Shown here: in pieces, positions 35,000 through 43,380 of the stretch
How positions within the stretch are numbered: position 1 is the stretch's first letter
How the letters are laid out: each line of letters starts with the position of its first letter
Assembly (NCBI GenBank): GCA_035295865.1
Contig: DATGIH010000526.1
Coordinates: 14,066 to 78,065, forward strand
Reading direction: 5' to 3'
Source of the DNA: Bryobacteraceae bacterium
GTDB taxonomy: Bacteria > Acidobacteriota > Terriglobia > Bryobacterales > Bryobacteraceae
DNA length: 64,000 bases
The notes under the pieces: generated by a model
Seen by the model: only the letters and a program-made list of their open reading frames with translations
Database searches by the model: none
What the model was told of the DNA's origin: nothing
Program-made: the position numbers and the translations under genes

Positions 35000-37492
35000 G
35001 TGCGTAACAACGGCATGGGCAACTTCCTGACCGATCTCCGCCATTCCATCCGCCTATTGATTAAATCCCCCGGATTCAGCGTGATCGCAATTGCCGCCTT
35101 GGCCTTGGGCATTGGCGCCAACACCGCCATTTTTTCCGTAGTGAATACCGTCCTGCTGCAGCCTTTGCCTTATCCCGAGCCGGACCGCATTGTGCGCGTC
35201 CAGCGCGTATACAAGAGCGGTGATATCGGAACGTCCACATCCCTTCCCAAATTCTTTGCTTGGAAGAACAACAACCAGACCCTGGATGCCCTGGCCATTT
35301 ACGATTTCGCAGGACCCGGGCTCAATCTGGGTTCGAGCGATCATCCGCAGCAGGTCAAAGGAATTCACGTTTCGCAGGACTACTTCCGGGTGTTCGGAGT
35401 CTCGCCCGCCATGGGCCGGACCTTCACATCGCAGGAAGATCAGCCGGGCGGCGCGAAAGTCGCGGTGGTCAGCAACACACTTTGGCAATCGCGCTTCGCC
35501 AGCGATCCAAACCTGGTTGGAAAGCCCATTCTACTCGGCGGCGATCCCTACACTGTAGTGGGTATTCTTTCCGCAGGGTTCCGTCCCGATCCGCCGGCAG
35601 AGGTCTTCCTGCCACTGCAAGCCGACCCCAACAGCAGCAACCAGGGTCATTATCTGCTCTGCGCGGGCCGGATGAAACCGGGTGTAACCCTGCAGGCGGT
35701 AAATGCCAACCTGAAAGTATCCGCCGACCGTTTCCGCGCGACCAACCAAGCGCTTATGGACGGGAACGAAAGCGCCGGCGCAATGCCGCTGCGCGACTCG
35801 CTGGTGGGCGATGTTCGAATGCCGCTTCTAATTCTGGTGGGAGCGGTGAGCTTTGTTCTGTTAATCGCCTGCGCGAATGTCGCGAACCTGCTGCTGGCTC
35901 GCGCGGCCGCGCGGCAACGGGAAATCGCTATCCGCACGGCAATCGGCGCCAGTCGTGGACGTCTGGTTCGCCAGCTGCTTACGGAAAGCTTGATGTTGGG
36001 CTTGCTCAGCGGATTGGCCGGCTTTGTTCTCGGGGCCTGGGGCGTTCGCGCGTTGCTGGCTTTGAGTCCGGGAAACTTGCCTCGCATCAATGACGCTCAG
36101 CATGCCGCGTCCATGGTCACGGCGCTCGATTGGCGTGTTCTGGCGTTCACGATCGGCGTCTCGCTTTTTACCGGCGTTCTCTTCGGACTTTTTCCCGCGG
36201 TGCAAATATCCCGCATGGACGTGAACTCGTCGCTGAAAGAAACCAGCGGGCGTTCGGGAACCGGCCTCCGTCAAAATCGTGTGCGAAGCATACTGGTGGT
36301 CAGCGAGATGGCGTTGGCCGTGATTCTGCTCACTTCCGCCGCTTTCATGATCCGCAGCTTCCTCGGATTGCGTTCCGTGCAGCAAGGCTTCGACCCGCAC
36401 AACGTCATCACGATGCAAACATCCATGACGGGCGGTAAGTATGATTCCACCGCCAAAGCCGACAATATGATCCGGCAAGTGGTGCAACGCATTGAGTCCC
36501 TGCCTGGCGTGCAATCCGCAACAGCGGCCATCAGCCTTCCGGTGGAAGGCAGCATCGACATCCCGTTCATCATCGACGGCAGGCCACTCGACAAAAACAG
36601 CCCCTTCCACGGCGACGAGCAATGGCGCTGCGTGAGTAATCATTATTTCGCCACCTTCCATGTCGCTCTGCTGCGTGGCCGCGCTTTTGACGATCGCGAC
36701 AACCTAAAGTCAGCGCGGGTGATGATCGTCAACCAGGCATTCGCCAAGAAATATTGGCCCAACGACAACCCAATCGGGAAAACGATGACCATCGGAAAAG
36801 GCCTCGGGAAGGATTTCGAAGATCCTTCGCGGCAGATTGTCGGAATCGTTGGCAATGTTCGTGAGAGCGGATTCAGCGGAGCCCAACAGGAAGTGATGTA
36901 CGTTCCGCAAAGCCAAATCTCGGATGGCCTCACCAAACTCGCGAACGGCGTGCTTCCGTTGAGCTGGGCTGTCCGCACCGCCATGGATCCCGCGTCCCTC
37001 AGCACAGCCATTCAGCACGAATTTCTCGCCGTCGACGGTCAGTTGCCCGTTTCCAACATCCGCACCATGGAGCAGGTGATTTCGGAATCCTCGGCGCGGC
37101 AAAATTTCAATACGCTGCTGCTGAGTATTTTCGCCGGACTTGCGTTATTGCTGGCGGCAATCGGAATTTACGGTCTGATGTCCTACACGGTGGAACAACG
37201 CTCGCAGGAGTTTGGAATTCGGATGGCCTTGGGCGCTGGGACCGGCGAAATGCTAGGCATGGTGGTACGCCAAGGCATGCTGTTGGCCGGTATCGGCTTG
37301 ATCATCGGTTTGGGCTCGGCGTATGCAATTTCAAAAGTGCTCGCCAAAGTTCTGTCGGGGATTCAGGTGAATGATCCCGTGGCCTACACCACTGTCGCGC
37401 TCACCCTGATTTCCGTCGCATTCTTCGCCACCGTGATTCCGGCACTGCGCGCCACGAAAGTGGATCCGCTCCACGCGCTCCGCTACGAATAG
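35000..37492 (+). CDS. ADOP family duplicated ABC permease (MacB/FtsX-like)
   Basis: N-terminal DLRHSIRLLIKSPGFSVIAI, two MacB_PCD-like periplasmic domains and two FtsX 4-TM modules, ending ATKVDPLHALRYE. The start may instead be the ATG at 35015. Confidence 0.88.
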   Translation: MRNNGMGNFLTDLRHSIRLLIKSPGFSVIAIAALALGIGANTAIFSVVNTVLLQPLPYPEPDRIVRVQRVYKSGDIGTSTSLPKFFAWKNNNQTLDALAIYDFAGPGLNLGSSDHPQQVKGIHVSQDYFRVFGVSPAMGRTFTSQEDQPGGAKVAVVSNTLWQSRFASDPNLVGKPILLGGDPYTVVGILSAGFRPDPPAEVFLPLQADPNSSNQGHYLLCAGRMKPGVTLQAVNANLKVSADRFRATNQALMDGNESAGAMPLRDSLVGDVRMPLLILVGAVSFVLLIACANVANLLLARAAARQREIAIRTAIGASRGRLVRQLLTESLMLGLLSGLAGFVLGAWGVRALLALSPGNLPRINDAQHAASMVTALDWRVLAFTIGVSLFTGVLFGLFPAVQISRMDVNSSLKETSGRSGTGLRQNRVRSILVVSEMALAVILLTSAAFMIRSFLGLRSVQQGFDPHNVITMQTSMTGGKYDSTAKADNMIRQVVQRIESLPGVQSATAAISLPVEGSIDIPFIIDGRPLDKNSPFHGDEQWRCVSNHYFATFHVALLRGRAFDDRDNLKSARVMIVNQAFAKKYWPNDNPIGKTMTIGKGLGKDFEDPSRQIVGIVGNVRESGFSGAQQEVMYVPQSQISDGLTKLANGVLPLSWAVRTAMDPASLSTAIQHEFLAVDGQLPVSNIRTMEQVISESSARQNFNTLLLSIFAGLALLLAAIGIYGLMSYTVEQRSQEFGIRMALGAGTGEMLGMVVRQGMLLAGIGLIIGLGSAYAISKVLAKVLSGIQVNDPVAYTTVALTLISVAFFATVIPALRATKVDPLHALRYE

Positions 37493-37503
37493 TTGGCGGT
37501 TTC

Positions 37504-37833
37504 TTACTTCGCCGCTTCGGGCTCGGTCGCCGGCGTTGTGGATCCTCGGTGGCACGTGTAGCAAGTGACGTGCATCTTACCGTCCGGGAACTTGCCGTTG
37601 ATGTCCTTAGCCAGGTTGATCATGTGGCGCGCGACTTCTTTGTGATGCTTTTCGTCGCTCGCAAAATCTCCCGGGACGTGGCAGAAATCGCACTTCTGTC
37701 CGAGCGCGGCGCTAAAGGCTTTCATGGTGGGGATCAAATTCTCATCCGCTGGAAGGATCTTCAAGTTTTTCGGCGCCGGATGTTGCGCGAACGCAAATGC
37801 CGCCAGGAGTAGTGCCGTAACGGTTAGTTTCAT
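37504..37833 (-). CDS. Small periplasmic c-type cytochrome (two CxxCH motifs)
   Basis: Signal peptide MKLTVTALLLAAFAFA. Heme motifs CDFCH and CYTCH. The overall pattern resembles the reaction-centre cytochrome c subunit-like family. Confidence 0.75.
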   Translation of the reverse strand: MKLTVTALLLAAFAFAQHPAPKNLKILPADENLIPTMKAFSAALGQKCDFCHVPGDFASDEKHHKEVARHMINLAKDINGKFPDGKMHVTCYTCHRGSTTPATEPEAAK

Positions 37834-37970
37834 AGCAGCCTATTATGACACGGCTCGCGTCGGCTTGCATGTTAAATCCTTTATCTCCCTCACTTCGGGG
37901 CGGCTGGCGCTGCTTGGGAACAATCCACGTTGTTTGAGCGTTATACTTCAGGGAGCCGGGAAAAAATCTT

Positions 37971-38993
37971 ATGAGTTTCCTTTCCAAGCAATTCATCGAT
38001 GTAATTCAGTGGACCGAGCCGGAGGACGGCATTCTGGCCTACCGCTATCCCATGGAAGACATGGAGATCCAGAACGGGGGCAAGCTAACGGTTCGCGAGT
38101 CCCAGGCAGCTGTTTTCGTGAACGAAGGCCGCATCGCCGATGTGTTTGGGCCGGGTCTGTACACACTCACAACGCAGACTCTCCCGATTCTCACGTACTT
38201 GATGAATTGGGACAAAGCGTTCAAATCGCCGTTTAAATCGGACGTGTACTTCTTCTCGACTCGCGTCGAGACCGATCAGCGATGGGGCACCGCGACGCCG
38301 ATCACGATTCGCGATAAGGAATTCGGCGCGGTTCGCATGCGCGGATACGGGATTTACGCTTACCGGATTATCGATCCCAAAGTTTTCCACCAGAAGATTA
38401 GCGGCACGCGGGATATCTACCGCGTGGCGGACCTGGAAGGGCAACTGCGCAACACTATCGTCGCGCGCATGACCGATACGTTCGCGCAAAGCACTGTTCC
38501 GTTCCTCGATATGGCCGCGAGCCAGCAGGAGCTGGGCGAAAAAATCACAGCAAATCTCAAGCCGGCGTTCGCCGATTTCGGATTGTCGCTCGAAAGCTTC
38601 GTCGTCGAAAACATCTCGCTGCCGGACGAGCTGCAAAAGATGCTCGACCAGCGTATCAGCATGAACATGTTGGGCGACATGGGCAAGTACACGCAGTTCC
38701 AGGTGGCGCAATCCATCCCTGTGGCCGCCGCGAATGAAGGCGGCGGAGGCGTTGGGGTGGGCGTCGGATTAGGCGCCGGACTTGGATTGGGACAAGCATT
38801 CGGCCAAGCAGTGACGAACGCAGTGCGTCCGCCCGAGCCTGGCGCTCCGCCATCGTCGCCAACGCCCGCGGCACCAATAGGAGGCGCGCCCATAGCGCCG
38901 GCGCCCGCTGCCGCGACGAAGTTCTGCGTCAATTGCGGGAAGCCAATCCCGAAGACCGCGAAGTTCTGTCCGGAGTGCGGCGGCGCACAATAG
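37971..38993 (+). CDS. SPFH/Band-7 family protein with C-terminal zinc ribbon (YdjI / 'virion core protein'-like)
   Basis: N-terminal FIDVIQWTEP...ILAYRYP and an SPFH-like core. A Gly/Pro-rich linker is followed by the C-terminal FCVNCGKPIPKTAKFCPECG zinc ribbon. Confidence 0.8.
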   Translation: MSFLSKQFIDVIQWTEPEDGILAYRYPMEDMEIQNGGKLTVRESQAAVFVNEGRIADVFGPGLYTLTTQTLPILTYLMNWDKAFKSPFKSDVYFFSTRVETDQRWGTATPITIRDKEFGAVRMRGYGIYAYRIIDPKVFHQKISGTRDIYRVADLEGQLRNTIVARMTDTFAQSTVPFLDMAASQQELGEKITANLKPAFADFGLSLESFVVENISLPDELQKMLDQRISMNMLGDMGKYTQFQVAQSIPVAAANEGGGGVGVGVGLGAGLGLGQAFGQAVTNAVRPPEPGAPPSSPTPAAPIGGAPIAPAPAAATKFCVNCGKPIPKTAKFCPECGGAQ

Positions 38994-38999
38994 GAGAGC

Positions 39000-39073
39000 T
39001 AAAACGGGGACACCATGGGCAAGCGTCCGAGATCGGATCCGGCCAAGCGAAATCCAATGGCGTCCCAGTTTTG
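39000..39073 (+). repeat. Long-stem hairpin element, copy 1 (terminator/attenuator-like)
   Basis: The left arm AAAACGGGGACACCATGGG pairs imperfectly with the right arm CCAATGGCGTCCCAGTTTT. Shares the blocks CGGGGACAyCATGGGCAAGyGTCCG and AAATCC(C)AATGGyGTCCC with 41806-41875. Ends in TTTT. Confidence 0.6.
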
Positions 39074-39107
39074 TACAGCCCGATCACTGTGCTAGCCTTC
39101 TAAAAAC

Positions 39108-39455
39108 ATGAGCGGTCTTGAATGGATCGTGGAAGCACACGGCTGCAGTCCGGCGGCGCTCACCGATCAGCACTCGCTCGAAACGCTTTTCGGCGCGCTC
39201 ATCGGTGAGCTGGACCTGCATCCGCTCGGTAAAACCAACTGGCATCAGTTTCCGCACACCGGCGGAATTACGGGCGTGACGCTGCTTTCGGAATCGCACA
39301 TCGCATGCCATACTTTTCCGGAATACGCGTCGCTGTGTCTCAATATTTTCTGCTGCCGGCCGCGCGCCGGCGCGGATTTTGAATCGCTCCTGCGCGAACA
39401 TTTGGGCGCGTCGCATGTATCGGTGCGAAAAGTCGACCGCCCCTACGAATCATGA
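39108..39455 (+). CDS. speH: S-adenosylmethionine decarboxylase proenzyme (small bacterial class)
   Basis: Self-processing site context LLSESHIACHTFPE. Size (115 aa) fits the short prokaryotic AdoMetDC class. Confidence 0.8.
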   Translation: MSGLEWIVEAHGCSPAALTDQHSLETLFGALIGELDLHPLGKTNWHQFPHTGGITGVTLLSESHIACHTFPEYASLCLNIFCCRPRAGADFESLLREHLGASHVSVRKVDRPYES

Positions 39456-40090
39456 GCGCGCCCGCTGCGAATTGTCCCAATTGCGGCGCTCCGGTTCATT
39501 TTCGCTGGTCGAGCGCCGTGCAAACCACTTGCGAATTCTGCCATTCCATTTTGGTCCGCACCGACGTAAACCTGGAAAAAGTGGGCGAAGTCTCCGACTT
39601 GCCTCCCGACGCCTCGCCAATCCAAATCGGAACCGAAGGCGTGTATCAAAACAAAGCCTTTGTCGTAATCGGTCGCATCGTTTACGAATACGAACAAGGC
39701 TACTGGAACGAATGGCACCTGGTTTATAACGACAGCACCAACGGCTGGTTGTCCGACGCCCAACTGGAATACGATCTTTCCTGGCAAACACAACCCCCGG
39801 CGCACATGCCTGCATCGAGTGAAATCCAGTGGGGCGCCCAATTCCAATCGAACAGCAAAAGCTACACCGCCACATCGCTGACCAAAGCGCACTATAGGGG
39901 CGTCCAAGGTGAACTGCCCTTTCAGTACTGGGATAAATCCGATCTGCTTTTCGCAGATCTCCGCACGCCAACGGGAGATTTCGCCACCATCGACTACAGC
40001 GAAGATCCGCCGCTGCTTTTTGAAGGACGCGCCGTCGAATTCGACGATCTGCATTTCAAAAACCTGCGGCTGTTTGAGGGATGGTCCTGA
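39452..40090 (+). CDS. DUF4178 domain protein with N-terminal zinc ribbon
   Basis: CPNCGAP...CEFCHS ribbon, then a DUF4178-like block (GVYQNKAFVVIGRIVYEYEQGYWNEWHLVYNDSTNGWL). ATGA overlap with the AdoMetDC gene. Confidence 0.7.
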   Translation: MSAPAANCPNCGAPVHFRWSSAVQTTCEFCHSILVRTDVNLEKVGEVSDLPPDASPIQIGTEGVYQNKAFVVIGRIVYEYEQGYWNEWHLVYNDSTNGWLSDAQLEYDLSWQTQPPAHMPASSEIQWGAQFQSNSKSYTATSLTKAHYRGVQGELPFQYWDKSDLLFADLRTPTGDFATIDYSEDPPLLFEGRAVEFDDLHFKNLRLFEGWS

Positions 40091-41403
40091 TGGCGAGTTC
40101 AATCGTCACACCACCCGTCGTCAAACCGAAATCTCTCAACTGCCCCGGATGCGGCGCGGCGGTGGAAATTCGTGGATTCGCGCACACACTCAACGCAGTC
40201 TGTCCGAACTGTCTGAGCGTTTTGGATGCCACCAACCCCCAGATCGAAATTCTCCAGCGATTCCAGCGCAAAGAGCGGATCCAGCCTAAGATCCCGCTGG
40301 GTACGCGCGGCAAGCTCGCGAACATCCCGTATGAAGTGATCGGATTTCAGCGGCGCGAAGTGCAGTCCGACAGCGACGTGTATTGTTGGGATGAATACTT
40401 GCTATTCAATCCCTACTACGGATTTCGCTACCTCACGGAATACCAAGGCCACTGGAACGTGGTGCGTGTGCTCGGCGCGCTCCCAGTCGAAACCGTGTCT
40501 ATCGGCAAGCCCTCAGTCGAATTTCAAGGCCGCCGCTACCGCCATTTCGACAGCCTGCAAGCCCGAACCAACTACATCCTGGGCGAATTCCCCTGGCAGA
40601 TCCGCGTGGGCGATGTGGTGGATGATCGCGATTTCGTTTCGCCGCCGTACATGCTTTCCGCCGAGACCACGTCGGGCGAACTCACCTGGTCGTTCGCCGA
40701 ATATACGCCGGGCAAACAAATCTGGGCTGCCTTCCAACTTCCCGGATCGCCGCCGGCGACGTCTGGAATTTTCGCCAATCAGCCGTCGCCCTATGAAGGA
40801 AGACCCGGCTCGGTGTGGCGCACCTGGCTCTGGCTGACTGTGGCGCTAGTCGCCATCGCTCTGATCTTCAGCATGATTTCCTCGAACAAGGAAGTCTTCC
40901 AGAACACTTACTTGTTCACGCCCGGATCGAAAACGGATGCCTCGTTCGTCACGCCAACATTTGAGCTGACCGGCCGCACTTCAAACGTGGAAATTGAGGT
41001 CCACACGGATCTCAACAATAATTGGGCCTATTTTAATTTCGCGCTCATCAATGAAGACACCGGCCAGGACTTCGATTTCGGCCGTGAAGTGAGTTACTAC
41101 CGCGATAGTGACGGCAGCGAAGGCAGCCCGAAAGATTCGGCGATCGTCTCGCGCGTTCCGTCCGGAAAGTATTATCTTAGGGTCGAGCCTGAAATGGAAT
41201 CCAGAACCTTTCAATCCATGAGCTACGAACTCACCATTCGCCGCGACGTGCCCACCCACTTGTTCTTTTGGATTGCAGGCCTACTGCTGTTGATCCCGCC
41301 GATATTTGTTTCAGTCCGCGCCGCAGGCTTCGAAGCTGCGCGCTGGCGCGAAAGCGATTATGCGTCGTCCACCTCGAGCGGCGGCGGAGGAGATGACGAT
41401 TGA
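40081..41403 (+). CDS. Membrane-anchored DUF4178 domain protein with N-terminal zinc ribbon
   Basis: CPGCGAA...CPNCLS ribbon and a DUF4178-like block (YEVIGFQRREV...YCWDEYLLFNPYYGFRYLTEYQGHWN). Two TM helices bracket a ~130-aa outer domain. 10-nt overlap with the upstream gene. Confidence 0.7.
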   Translation: MVLMASSIVTPPVVKPKSLNCPGCGAAVEIRGFAHTLNAVCPNCLSVLDATNPQIEILQRFQRKERIQPKIPLGTRGKLANIPYEVIGFQRREVQSDSDVYCWDEYLLFNPYYGFRYLTEYQGHWNVVRVLGALPVETVSIGKPSVEFQGRRYRHFDSLQARTNYILGEFPWQIRVGDVVDDRDFVSPPYMLSAETTSGELTWSFAEYTPGKQIWAAFQLPGSPPATSGIFANQPSPYEGRPGSVWRTWLWLTVALVAIALIFSMISSNKEVFQNTYLFTPGSKTDASFVTPTFELTGRTSNVEIEVHTDLNNNWAYFNFALINEDTGQDFDFGREVSYYRDSDGSEGSPKDSAIVSRVPSGKYYLRVEPEMESRTFQSMSYELTIRRDVPTHLFFWIAGLLLLIPPIFVSVRAAGFEAARWRESDYASSTSSGGGGDDD

Positions 41404-41588
41404 AATCCCCACTGTTCCTGATTTACGGCATTATGCTGATCGGCGGCGCCACTTATGCGCACATCCAGGGCTGGGCCCCGACTCGCATCAACCAGCAACG
41501 CGTGTCACCCAAAAGCATTCGCGATAACCCTGGTGCGTACCGCTCCATGTACGGCGGCGGCTATTCTCGATACATCGGAGGTAAATGA
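41400..41588 (+). CDS. Small single-pass membrane protein
   Basis: The TTG start overlaps the preceding TGA. One TM helix (LFLIYGIMLIGGATYA) and a Gly/Tyr-rich tail. Supported mainly by its tight packing in the operon. Confidence 0.4.
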   Translation: MKSPLFLIYGIMLIGGATYAHIQGWAPTRINQQRVSPKSIRDNPGAYRSMYGGGYSRYIGGK

Positions 41589-41591
41589 TCC

Positions 41592-41804
41592 ATGACCGAA
41601 TTCCATCCCGGCGCTTTGTTGAACGCCATCGTATACGCCGCGCTCGGCATCTTGATTTTCGCCGTGGCCTTCATCGTCATCGACAAGGTGACGCCCTACC
41701 ATCTCTGGAAAGAGATCGTGGAGGACAAAAACATCGCGCTCGCGATCCTGATCGGGGCCATGTCCATCGGCATGTGCATCATCATCGCGGCGGCAGTTCA
41801 CTAA
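41592..41804 (+). CDS. DUF350 domain membrane protein (YjfL-like)
   Basis: 70 aa with two TM helices. ALLNAIVYAALGILIFAVAFIVIDKVTPY...IALAILIGAMSIGMCIIIAAAV is typical of DUF350. Confidence 0.7.
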   Translation: MTEFHPGALLNAIVYAALGILIFAVAFIVIDKVTPYHLWKEIVEDKNIALAILIGAMSIGMCIIIAAAVH

Positions 41805-41805
41805 T

Positions 41806-41875
41806 AAATCGGGGACATCATGGGCAAGTGTCCGGCACGCCCCATTTCGCAAATCCCAATGGTGTCCCCGATTTT
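41806..41875 (+). repeat. Long-stem hairpin element, copy 2 (terminator/attenuator-like)
   Basis: AAATCGGGGACATCATGGG ... CCCAATGGTGTCCCCGATTT form a ~19-bp near-perfect stem around a ~30-nt loop, followed by a T-run. Starts 2 nt after the DUF350 stop. Confidence 0.65.
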
Positions 41876-41889
41876 GCAGTCCACACAGC

Positions 41890-43380
41890 ATGACTCTTGC
41901 TCTCTTTCTCTCCGTTTTCCTGATTGCCGCCTGCGGCCTCATCTATGAGCTGATCGCCGGAACGCTCGCCAGCTACCTGCTCGGCGACAGCGTCTTCCAG
42001 TTCTCCACCATCATCGGCTGCTATCTGTTCGCAATGGGAATCGGCAGCTATCTTTCGCGATTCCTGCGCCGCGGCTTAGTCGCCCGATTCGTATCCGTGG
42101 AGCTGATGGTCGGCCTGGTCGGCGGATTCTCATCTTCCCTGCTCTTTCTCGCTTTCGCTTACACCGAAGCGTTCCGTCTGATTTTGTACATCGTGGTGAT
42201 CCTGGTTGGAACGCTGGTCGGCCTCGAAATTCCGCTGCTGATGCGGATTCTGAAAGAGCGTTTCCAGTTCAGCGAGCTGGTCTCGCAGGTCCTCACGTTC
42301 GATTATTTAGGCGCGCTCGGCGCGTCGCTTCTGTTTCCCATTCTGCTTGTTCCGAAACTCGGCTTGGTTCGCTCTGCGCTGGTCTTCGGAATCTTGAACG
42401 CCGGCGTAGCGCTGTGGTCGACCTTTCTTTTTCGCGAACAGCTCGGTCCGGGCTTGGGTCTGCGCGCCGGGTGCATCGCCGTGCTCGCCATGCTCGGCGC
42501 GGGAACCATTTTCGCCGACCGCATCTCATCCGCCGCCGACAACAATCTCTACGCCGACGAAGTGATCTTCAGCCGGAACACGCGCTATCAGCGGATTGTT
42601 CTGACGCGCTGGAAGGACGACCTGCGGCTGTTCCTCAATTCACACCTGCAGTTCAGTTCGCGCGATGAATATCGTTATCACGAGGCATTAGTACATCCGG
42701 GGCTTGCGGCGCTTCCGGGAGCGCGGCGCGTCCTGGTTATGGGCGGCGGGGATGGCTTAGCGGTCCGCGAGATTCTGAAGTATCCGACGGTGGAAAGCGT
42801 GACGCTGGTGGATCTCGATCCCGAAATGACCGGCCTCTTCTCCACACACTCGGTGTTATCTTCGTTGAACGGACATTCGCTCACTGCGCCGCGCGTTCAT
42901 GTCATTAACGCGGATGCCTTTCGCTGGCTGGACACGAATCCGGATCGCTTCGATTTCATCGTGGCGGATTTTCCCGATCCGACGAGTTATTCGCTCGGAA
43001 AGCTTTACACGACGACTTTTTATCGGCTGGCCGCCAAACATCTTAGCGCCGGCGGGCTTCTTGTGGTCCAAAGCACGTCACCGCTCTTTGCGCGGCAGTC
43101 GTATTGGTGCATCGTCGAAACGGTAAAGCAGGCGGGACTCCGGACGTATCCCTATCACTTATATGTGCCCTCGTTCGGCGAATGGGGATTCGTGATCGGC
43201 AGCCAAGCTCAGTATGAATTTCCGCAGCAGCTTCCGAGCGGTCTTCGATACCTGACGAACGTTCGCGACATGTTCGATTTCCCGAATGACATGAAGCCGA
43301 TCGCGGTGGAACCGAATTATCTGAACAATCAGATTCTGGTCCGCTATTACGAGCGCGAATGGAAAGACATCGCGAGGTGA
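41890..43380 (+). CDS. speE: Polyamine aminopropyltransferase (spermidine synthase-like) with N-terminal multi-TM domain
   Basis: About 7 TM helices precede the catalytic domain, which carries VLVMGGGDGLAVREI, LVDLDPEM and ADFPDP motifs. Confidence 0.85.
   Translation: MTLALFLSVFLIAACGLIYELIAGTLASYLLGDSVFQFSTIIGCYLFAMGIGSYLSRFLRRGLVARFVSVELMVGLVGGFSSSLLFLAFAYTEAFRLILYIVVILVGTLVGLEIPLLMRILKERFQFSELVSQVLTFDYLGALGASLLFPILLVPKLGLVRSALVFGILNAGVALWSTFLFREQLGPGLGLRAGCIAVLAMLGAGTIFADRISSAADNNLYADEVIFSRNTRYQRIVLTRWKDDLRLFLNSHLQFSSRDEYRYHEALVHPGLAALPGARRVLVMGGGDGLAVREILKYPTVESVTLVDLDPEMTGLFSTHSVLSSLNGHSLTAPRVHVINADAFRWLDTNPDRFDFIVADFPDPTSYSLGKLYTTTFYRLAAKHLSAGGLLVVQSTSPLFARQSYWCIVETVKQAGLRTYPYHLYVPSFGEWGFVIGSQAQYEFPQQLPSGLRYLTNVRDMFDFPNDMKPIAVEPNYLNNQILVRYYEREWKDIAR

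Noticed and set aside
39015-39095. Short ORFs beginning MGK(R/C)P inside both long hairpin elements (second copy starts at 41820)
   Set aside because: The peptide similarity follows from nucleotide conservation of the hairpin arms. The downstream parts diverge completely and differ in length. An RNA/DNA structural element explains the conservation better. I have not fully excluded the ORFs.
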